A stretch of 24,000 bases of DNA from Spirochaetaceae bacterium (GTDB taxonomy: Bacteria; Spirochaetota; Spirochaetia; DSM-27196; PWMO01), in the NCBI GenBank assembly GCA_007693325.1, contig REDW01000079.1, forward strand, positions 52,721 to 76,720, written 5' to 3'. The notes under the pieces are model-generated. The model saw only the letters and a program-made list of their open reading frames with translations, had not been told where the DNA came from and did no database searches. Each line of letters begins with the position of its first letter. Position 1 is the first letter of the stretch. A program made the translations under genes and the position numbers. Positions 8,470 through 14,209 of the stretch are shown in pieces.

Positions 8470-9180
8470 CTAGTGGTACTCGTACTGCACTACTTCGTCA
8501 ACGCGGATCTTGATTTCTACCGATGCCCGGTAAGCACCTGAATCGATCCAGACCCGCGGCGGAGCGGTTAGAAGGAGGCGCCCGGAGGCACTATGTGGTT
8601 TGTTCGGCGAAACCGTTCGCAGATGCTCACGGACCGCCATTCTCAGAGCATCCTCGACGGCAGTCCGCTTCTGCTCCAAGCCAGGCCAGAGCGCTGCTTC
8701 CCCTGCTGCGGCCGACCGTGGAATGGCGCGGCTCTGCCATCCGTCAACCCACGCAACCTGGAAGTCGGCCATGCGGTACTGCAATTGCGCATAATAGCGG
8801 GCATCAGCGTGCCGTACCGCCAAGACCGAGAGCGAAGGATCACCCCAGGGGATCTCAGCGTGCAATTCAAGCTGGAACTGCTCGGGAACCTGCCGTGCCC
8901 GATCGAACGGGCGGTAGTAGAATCGATAACCGTAGACCATACCCGAGAAGGTCCATTGTGCTTCGCGCAGTATCTGTTCCAGCGCCGCTTCACGTCTGAC
9001 CGGATAGTCACCTTCCGGGCGAATAAGCGGCTGCCGCTCAGCCCAGAACTCAGCAACCAAACGGTTTTCGGCTGCACCAAGTGGAAGTGAAAAGAATGTC
9101 AGCAACGCCAAAGCAATGCAAGTGCTTGTGGTTGTGTTCAGGTTGCGCCGCGGGATACGGGGGACGGAGGCAAACGTCAT
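8470..9180 (-). CDS. hypothetical exported protein (no recognisable family)
   Basis: 236-aa ORF with an N-terminal signal-like segment, TSTCIALALLTFFSLPLGAAE. It has the same orientation as the TetR gene and lies 35 nt upstream of it. There is no Shine-Dalgarno before ATG 9180, and a promoter-like motif ends 8 nt upstream, so the mRNA may be leaderless. Confidence 0.65.
   Translation of the reverse strand: MTFASVPRIPRRNLNTTTSTCIALALLTFFSLPLGAAENRLVAEFWAERQPLIRPEGDYPVRREAALEQILREAQWTFSGMVYGYRFYYRPFDRARQVPEQFQLELHAEIPWGDPSLSVLAVRHADARYYAQLQYRMADFQVAWVDGWQSRAIPRSAAAGEAALWPGLEQKRTAVEDALRMAVREHLRTVSPNKPHSASGRLLLTAPPRVWIDSGAYRASVEIKIRVDEVVQYEYH
9161..9172 (+). repeat. 12-mer GGGACGGAGGCA copy (inside the 5' end of CDS 8470..9180, antisense)
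   Basis: Exact string match. Confidence 0.9.
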
Positions 9181-9188
9181 CGTTAGAG

Positions 9189-9217
9189 ATTATCGGCATG
9201 ATCGATCGTGCCCACAA
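9189..9217 (-). promoter_or_regulatory. sigma70-like promoter candidate for CDS 8470..9180 (would give a near-leaderless mRNA)
   Basis: The minus strand reads TTGTGG (9217-9212), a 17-nt spacer, then GATAAT (9194-9189). The ATG at 9180 lies 8 nt downstream of the -10 and has no Shine-Dalgarno. Confidence 0.3.
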
Positions 9218-9252
9218 TAGTAGACCAGCCAATCAACCGGGTCTAGCGGATT

Positions 9253-9281
9253 GGGGGAGGCGACAGGGGGTGGGGACGGGG
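9253..9281 (+). other. G-run cluster with G-quadruplex potential
   Basis: GGGGG(9253-57)-8nt-GGGGG(9266-70)-1nt-GGGG(9272-75)-2nt-GGGG(9278-81), in the divergent intergenic region. Confidence 0.3.
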
Positions 9282-9290
9282 ACGGAGGCA
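9279..9290 (+). repeat. 12-mer GGGACGGAGGCA copy (intergenic, 72 nt upstream of the RAYT ATG)
   Basis: Exact string match, preceded by GGGGAC. Confidence 0.9.
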
Positions 9291-9361
9291 CAAGAACCAA
9301 GCTGCGTATTCCGATAGCTCATTCAATCAACAGTTCAATCTCCGCTGTTGTATATCGCAGT

Positions 9362-9883
9362 ATGAGAAAACCAAGACGCATTATCGTGGGCGCGACATAT
9401 CATGTCGTTGCCCGTGCGAATCGGCGAGAGTACATTCTGCACAGCGACATCATGAAGCAGCTTTTCCTGGAAACCTTAACGCGTGCCAAGCAGCGCTACC
9501 GCTTCAGCGTCACCAACGTGTGCCTGATGGGCAATCACTTCCATCTGATCATGACACCTGCCCGCGATGAGTCAATTTCTCGAATCATGCAATGGATTCT
9601 TAGCGTGTTTGCAGTCAGGTACAATCGAAAGCACGGTTTCCAGGGCCACGTATGGTACGACCGCTTCAAGAGCAAGGCCATTACGTCATTGCGGCAGTTT
9701 GCGGCGACATTCGCCTATGTTTGCAACAATCCAGTGAGAGCGGGTATTGCTTCACACCCTGCAGATTACCGATTCGGCGGACCCGCTCTGTTATGCTCCG
9801 GGCCACCAGGGGCAGTAGATACCCCTGGGCTCTTGGTAAATCTGTTATTCCCGTGGTTTTCGGTAGCTCGGCTTCCTCGTTAG
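9362..9883 (+). CDS. REP-associated tyrosine transposase (RAYT) / IS200-like Y1 HUH transposase, solitary
   Basis: ATG at 9362 (MRKPRRIIVGATYHVVARANRREYIL). HUH motif in CLMGNHFHLIMTP; catalytic-Tyr motif in FAYVCNNPVRAG. About 173 aa. There is no tnpB partner and no IS ends visible. I rejected the Gly-rich upstream extension of track ORF 9251. Confidence 0.85.
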   Translation: MRKPRRIIVGATYHVVARANRREYILHSDIMKQLFLETLTRAKQRYRFSVTNVCLMGNHFHLIMTPARDESISRIMQWILSVFAVRYNRKHGFQGHVWYDRFKSKAITSLRQFAATFAYVCNNPVRAGIASHPADYRFGGPALLCSGPPGAVDTPGLLVNLLFPWFSVARLPR

Positions 9884-9939
9884 CCTTCAGCCAACGTGTT
9901 GGGATCCTACGAACTATTTCCAGACATTCCAGCACCTGC

Positions 9940-10635
9940 TCAGCGACGCAAGTCGTCGATAAAAACCGAGATCGGGTTTATGCCGAGCCGGATAACAAAA
10001 TACATAAAGGCGAATAGGAAACCTGCAAGGTGTGTAAGGTGAGCTACATTGCCACCGCGGCCCGATATCTGTGACATCAACTCAATCACAGTGTATCCAA
10101 TCACCAGAATAGGAGCTCGAATCGGAATAATACCGAACAAATAGATCATTGCCGTTGGATAGAGCGCCGCGAACGCCAACAACACGCCAAAGATCGCGCC
10201 GGATGCTCCGACGAGGAAGACCATGTAGCTACCGCTAAACCAATAGAATGCCAACGAAAACGCCCCTGCCAGGGTGCCAACTGTCAAATAGAACGTCAGG
10301 AATTCCCAGCTGCCCAGTCGATGCTCCACCTGAGTACCAAAGAAGAACAATCCGATCATGTTGAAAAAGATATGCGTCATACCGCCGTGCACGAACATAT
10401 AGGTGAAAACCTGCCACCAGTAGTTTCCTTGAACTACGAAGACCGGATTCATAGCTAAGTAGCGCATTAGATTGGGCGAGAGCGTCGTCAGGAAGAAGAT
10501 CAGAAAATTGACACCAATCAGAATGAACGCGATGTTGTAATTGCGATAGCGGAATGGTTTACGTAAGGCCGATTGGTTTGGCACGAGCCTAATGTACGGA
10601 CAAACGGCCTTCAGGTCAACACGCACGCGCGCCAT
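9940..10635 (-). CDS. rhomboid-family intramembrane serine protease
   Basis: 231 aa and polytopic. It has the HxxxN motif (MTHIFFNMIGLFFFG), the catalytic GASGAIFG and a downstream His (NVAHLTHLAGFLF). Confidence 0.9.
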   Translation of the reverse strand: MARVRVDLKAVCPYIRLVPNQSALRKPFRYRNYNIAFILIGVNFLIFFLTTLSPNLMRYLAMNPVFVVQGNYWWQVFTYMFVHGGMTHIFFNMIGLFFFGTQVEHRLGSWEFLTFYLTVGTLAGAFSLAFYWFSGSYMVFLVGASGAIFGVLLAFAALYPTAMIYLFGIIPIRAPILVIGYTVIELMSQISGRGGNVAHLTHLAGFLFAFMYFVIRLGINPISVFIDDLRR

Positions 10636-10643
10636 TTCCTGCC

Positions 10644-10655
10644 TGCCTCCGTCCC
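10644..10655 (-). repeat. 12-mer GGGACGGAGGCA copy, inverted (intergenic, just upstream of the rhomboid start)
   Basis: The plus strand reads tgcctccgtccc. Confidence 0.9.
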
Positions 10656-10689
10656 TCCTGGCGTACGTCCCTCCCCTGGTACCTCCCGG

Positions 10690-10701
10690 TGCCTCCGTCC
10701 C
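10690..10701 (-). repeat. 12-mer GGGACGGAGGCA copy, inverted (inside the tandem array)
   Basis: The plus strand reads tgcctccgtccc. Confidence 0.9.
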
Positions 10702-10707
10702 TGCCCT

Positions 10708-10727
10708 GGTACCTCCGCCGAGGTACC
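10708..10727. repeat. perfect hairpin GGTACCTC-CGCC-GAGGTACC (8-bp stem, 4-nt loop)
   Basis: Read directly from the sequence. The second copy at 10739-10758 has a 7-bp stem, and a degenerate third copy (GGTACC-TCCC-GGTGCC) lies at 10677-10692. Confidence 0.85.
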
Positions 10728-10760
10728 GTCCCTGCCCTGGTACCTCCGCCGAGGTACGTA

Positions 10761-10789
10761 TTGCGCAATTCGACGTAACGCCGTATCCT
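10761..10789 (+). promoter_or_regulatory. sigma70-like promoter candidate for the alpha/beta hydrolase-rlmE-NlpC/P60 unit
   Basis: TTGCGC (10761-10766), a 17-nt spacer, then TATCCT (10784-10789). ATG 10800 follows with no Shine-Dalgarno, so the leader is very short or absent. Confidence 0.3.
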
Positions 10790-10799
10790 GTGGCGGCCT

Positions 10800-11627
10800 A
10801 TGAAGCCCGATAAGCGGAAGAGAACAGACGCACTGATCATTCACGATCGCGGAAAATCGCAGCCCTCACCCGTGGTGGTCTTCCTGCATGGGTTTCCTTT
10901 CACACGTAGTATGTGGACGATTCATATAGAGAGTCTGATGAACGAGATACGCGCGGTCGACTACGATCTACGCGGTTTTGGAGAAAACCCGTCAGACGAC
11001 GGAATAACAACGATAGAAGAGCACGTGGATGATCTGTTGCGAGCTTTGGACGGCATCAAACGCATTCTTCCGGTAGTGCTATGCGGTCATTCTCTCGGCG
11101 GCTTCGTGGGCCTTCGCGCCTTCGAACGTGAACCTCAACGATTCGCAGGCCTGGTGCTCTGTGGAGCTCATGCCAAAGCGCCGACTGATCAAGAACGGCT
11201 CCAGTGGGCAGACCACATCCGTAGCATCAGCCAGAACGGTACATCGCGCTTCGTTCAGGGGTACCTCGACTCCTGCTTCACCTCAGATACCCGCGAAACG
11301 CCGACCGGAGAGTACGACCAGGCACTCGAAGAGGCCAAAGCAACGCCTTCGGCGGTCCTCAAAGGGGCCATGCTGGCAATGATGGGCCGCACCGATACGC
11401 TTCGACAGCTCGAAAGGACCAACCCGCCACTTCTTCTGCTGGCCGGGTCACAGGACAGCATCACCCCCCCTGACGCCTTACTGCGGATGGGATTGGGGAT
11501 TTCCGGCACGCAGTTCGTTCGGATTCCACAAGCCGCCCACGCGGCGCCGCTTGATAACGCAGAGTTCTTCACAAACGCGTTGCGCCATTTCATCGACAGT
11601 GAGACCGTGCGTCAACGGATGAAGTAA
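10800..11627 (+). CDS. alpha/beta-fold hydrolase
   Basis: 275 aa. Oxyanion region VVVFLHGFPFT, nucleophile elbow GHSLGG, and late Asp/His (GSQDSITP, AAHAAPLD). Confidence 0.85.
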   Translation: MKPDKRKRTDALIIHDRGKSQPSPVVVFLHGFPFTRSMWTIHIESLMNEIRAVDYDLRGFGENPSDDGITTIEEHVDDLLRALDGIKRILPVVLCGHSLGGFVGLRAFEREPQRFAGLVLCGAHAKAPTDQERLQWADHIRSISQNGTSRFVQGYLDSCFTSDTRETPTGEYDQALEEAKATPSAVLKGAMLAMMGRTDTLRQLERTNPPLLLLAGSQDSITPPDALLRMGLGISGTQFVRIPQAAHAAPLDNAEFFTNALRHFIDSETVRQRMK

Positions 11628-11629
11628 CG

Positions 11630-12238
11630 ATGCCAGGCAAACGCGGCAAGCCGGATCACTACACAAACCGCGCCAAACGCGAAGGATACCAGGCTCGCTC
11701 AGTGTACAAGCTTCAGGAGCTGCAACAGAAGTTTCGCCTGTTTGATTCCACCAGCCGCGTGCTCGATCTTGGTGCGGCGCCTGGCAGCTGGAGTCGCTAC
11801 GTCCTCAATCTTCTGGACAGCAGGGGCCGGCTGGTCGCCGTTGATCTTTGTCCACTGGAAATCAGTGGTGATCCCCGCCTGGAAGTGCTCAAACTCGATA
11901 TACTCGGCCAGGAGTTTCCTCAGTTGGTTGCGGCGCATGGGCCGTTTGACGCAGTGCTGAGCGATGCAGCCCCCTCAACTACAGGTGAGAGAAGCGTGGA
12001 CACCGCGCGTTCAGCGGCAATTGTCGAAGCCATCATCCATTGGTTACCACGTTTACTCTGCCAGGGAGGAAACCTGGCGGTCAAAATCTTCCAGGGAGGA
12101 GAAGAGCAACTGCTGCTGCGCGAGCTGCGTGGCACATTCCGCAGCGCCCGTGCGTTCAAGCCGCGTGCATGCCGGTCGCAATCCTTTGAGACCTACCTCA
12201 TCGGGATCGGTCACACCCATCATGATGCGGTACGCTAA
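11630..12238 (+). CDS. rlmE: 23S rRNA (uridine-2'-O)-methyltransferase RlmE/FtsJ
   Basis: 202 aa. FtsJ signature YQARSVYKLQELQQKF ... VLDLGAAPGSWSRY ... DAVLSDAAP. It starts 2 nt after the hydrolase stop. Confidence 0.9.
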   Translation: MPGKRGKPDHYTNRAKREGYQARSVYKLQELQQKFRLFDSTSRVLDLGAAPGSWSRYVLNLLDSRGRLVAVDLCPLEISGDPRLEVLKLDILGQEFPQLVAAHGPFDAVLSDAAPSTTGERSVDTARSAAIVEAIIHWLPRLLCQGGNLAVKIFQGGEEQLLLRELRGTFRSARAFKPRACRSQSFETYLIGIGHTHHDAVR

Positions 12239-12242
12239 CCGT

Positions 12243-13007
12243 ATGAACGATAACGAGACGTCGACGCTGCGCTGGCTTCACCTGTTTTCGGTCGCCTTGG
12301 TGATTGTTGTGGTCTCGGCCGGCTGCGTAACCGGTGTCATCGATGGCCGTGGCGACCGGCGGACTGCATCTGGAAGGAGCGGTGCGCGTCGAACCGAAGA
12401 GATGGTTCTATCTGGTGGCGAACGATTAAGCGACGTTCAGCAGCGCATCGTTGACGCCGCGCATCACGTAGAGGGACGGAGGAACCTGGTTTTCGAAGGA
12501 AAGCGCTTCAGCTGGGATTGCAGTGGTGTCATCCTGGCGCTCTACTACCTGGCCGGCGTTGACCTCGAGGATGAGTTTTCGCGCTACCCGGGCAATGGAG
12601 TAGCGCGGCTCTACCAGATCGCGAAGCATTACAACCTACTCTACGACACTCGCACTCCGGCGCCAGGGGACGTTATCTTCTGGGATAATACCTATGACCG
12701 TAACGGCGACGGGCAGTGGAATGATCCGTTGTCGCATGCCGGCGTGGTGGTGAACGTCTCAGAGCAAGGGACAATCCAATACATCCACCACAACTACCGC
12801 CGTGGGATCATTGTCGAATCGATGAATCTGTACCATCCGGACCGGCATACATCAGATGACGGAAAGCGACTCTACAACGCCCCGATGCGCATGCAACGAG
12901 ATCGACACATCCTTCCCGAGGCGTGGCTTGCAAGTCATCTCTATCGCGTTTCTGCGATGCTCTACCTTCTACCCGATCAGTCTCGACTGGCGTCCGGCGG
13001 CCCCTGA
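12243..13007 (+). CDS. NlpC/P60 (CHAP-like) cell-wall hydrolase, probable lipoprotein
   Basis: I chose ATG 12243; 12222 and 12225 are also possible. The long upstream part of track ORF 11964 overlaps rlmE. Signal peptide with Cys (LVIVVVSAGC), catalytic-Cys context FSWDCSGVI and downstream His (LSHAGVV). Confidence 0.8.
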   Translation: MNDNETSTLRWLHLFSVALVIVVVSAGCVTGVIDGRGDRRTASGRSGARRTEEMVLSGGERLSDVQQRIVDAAHHVEGRRNLVFEGKRFSWDCSGVILALYYLAGVDLEDEFSRYPGNGVARLYQIAKHYNLLYDTRTPAPGDVIFWDNTYDRNGDGQWNDPLSHAGVVVNVSEQGTIQYIHHNYRRGIIVESMNLYHPDRHTSDDGKRLYNAPMRMQRDRHILPEAWLASHLYRVSAMLYLLPDQSRLASGGP

Positions 13008-13055
13008 CGCAGAACACCGCCAACTCGGCGGCCCCTGACACAGAACAACCGTTAC
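12994..13055. repeat. imperfect 31-bp tandem repeat (2 units) spanning the NlpC/P60 stop codon
   Basis: The core cggcggcccctgac[g/a]cagaaca occurs at 12995-13016 and 13026-13047, with 1 mismatch in 22. Confidence 0.85.
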
Positions 13056-13089
13056 CGCAACACACAGCCGTCAATGCCACACGCAAGCA

Positions 13090-14109
13090 TCAACAGCCGC
13101 GGTTGAGTAGTCTCTCAGTGATATCGATGATCGCTTCGCGAACCTCACCCTCGGGCAAGGCCCGTGCCGCACTTGCAGCGCGGGCGGTATAACGTGCGGC
13201 CTGCTCACGAGCGTAGGCAAACCCGCCATTCTTGTCCACGAGTGTAACCGCCCGCCGGATACGCTGGTCATCGTTGGCTGTACCACCGTTCGTCAGAAGT
13301 TGCAGCAGTTCCGTATCTCCCTTACGAAGTGCAGCGATCACCGGGAGCGTATAGATTCCCTGGCGCAAGTCACCGGCAATCGGTTTACCGAGGTCTTGCT
13401 CGTTACCTGTGAAGTCCAGCAGGTCATCGATGATCTGAAACCCTACACCGACATTGTAGCCTATACGCCGTAACAACTCCAATCGATAGCCGTTGACGCC
13501 GTTCTCATGCGCGCCCACGTGAAAGCTGAGCAAAAACAGCAGTCCGGTCTTCTCGGTAACTCGACGCAAGTAGACGCGCTCACTCAGTTCCTGAGGCCGG
13601 TCACTGCGCGCTTGCTCGATTTCACCCGAGCACATATGCGTTACACTTCTGGCCAGTTGCCGCCCACTGTTCACCGTTGCATAGTCAGCAACCAGGCTGA
13701 AGCATCGACTGAACAGCAGATCACCCATGAGCACCGCTGCCTTGGATCCTACACGGCGATGAAGCGCGGGGCTACCACGTCGCGTATGAGCGTCATCGAG
13801 AATGTCATCGTGAATCAGCGTTGCCATGTGCAGCATCTCTACCGCCGCGGCAATCCGATAGATCTTTTCGGGTAGAGCGCCGTTAAACGAGGCCGCAGAG
13901 GCACGCGCAAAAAGCCCTCCACGGGGCTCTTTCATATAGGCGGCGAGCAGCACAAACGCCGGGCGAAGCATCTTGCCTCCGCGCATGGCAAAGTCACGCA
14001 GAGCGCGCGACAGTTCGCTGTTTCCGCTACCAGCATTATCGAGAATAATGCTCTGAATTCGGTGCAGGTCACTGCGAATGACCGGATAGTCACCCCAAAA
14101 CTGATTCAT
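13090..14109 (-). CDS. long-chain polyprenyl-diphosphate synthase (hepta/octaprenyl type)
   Basis: 339 aa. First Asp-rich motif LIHDDILDD and second GFQIIDDLLDF. Confidence 0.9.
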   Translation of the reverse strand: MNQFWGDYPVIRSDLHRIQSIILDNAGSGNSELSRALRDFAMRGGKMLRPAFVLLAAYMKEPRGGLFARASAASFNGALPEKIYRIAAAVEMLHMATLIHDDILDDAHTRRGSPALHRRVGSKAAVLMGDLLFSRCFSLVADYATVNSGRQLARSVTHMCSGEIEQARSDRPQELSERVYLRRVTEKTGLLFLLSFHVGAHENGVNGYRLELLRRIGYNVGVGFQIIDDLLDFTGNEQDLGKPIAGDLRQGIYTLPVIAALRKGDTELLQLLTNGGTANDDQRIRRAVTLVDKNGGFAYAREQAARYTARAASAARALPEGEVREAIIDITERLLNRGC

Positions 14110-14130
14110 GCGTCTCTCAATAGTGCAAAC

Positions 14131-14160
14131 CGGCCGGCTCGCGTTGCCGCAGGCCGGCCG
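14131..14160 (-). terminator. GC-rich intercistronic hairpin between NDH-2 and polyprenyl synthase (weak terminator or processing/attenuation site)
   Basis: cggccggc (14131-14138) pairs with gccggccg (14153-14160), an 8-bp all-GC stem. On the minus strand it is followed only by GTTTGCACTATT, a poor U-tract. Confidence 0.3.
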
Positions 14161-14209
14161 TTCTACGTGAAATCTATCAGCATCACCTGCCCCTGGCGGC
14201 AGCTCTCAA

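Larger units (their letters stand above)
10651..10758. repeat. degenerate tandem array of ~31-bp units carrying GGTACC-stem hairpins (REP-like)
   Basis: Four units start with gtccct: 10651-10666 (16 nt, truncated), 10667-10696, 10697-10727 and 10728-10757. The 31-mer cgtccctgccctggtacctccgccgaggtac at 10696-10726 is repeated exactly at 10727-10757. Confidence 0.9.

Noticed and set aside
9891-9902. CCAACGTGTTGG between the convergent RAYT and rhomboid genes, considered as a terminator
   Set aside because: It has only a 5-bp stem with a 2-nt loop and no U-tract, so it is not a viable hairpin terminator.
10651-10758. Possibility that the 31-bp repeats are a small CRISPR array
   Set aside because: The units are directly contiguous with no spacers. 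Only two are identical and the others are decaying copies. No cas genes are present in the window.
10573-10844. Four overlapping 73-77-aa ORFs on both strands across the tandem array, with Pro/Gly/Arg-rich repetitive translations
   Set aside because: They exist only because the repeat lacks stop codons. They all overlap one another and the rhomboid and hydrolase starts, and none has a Shine-Dalgarno or sensible start context.
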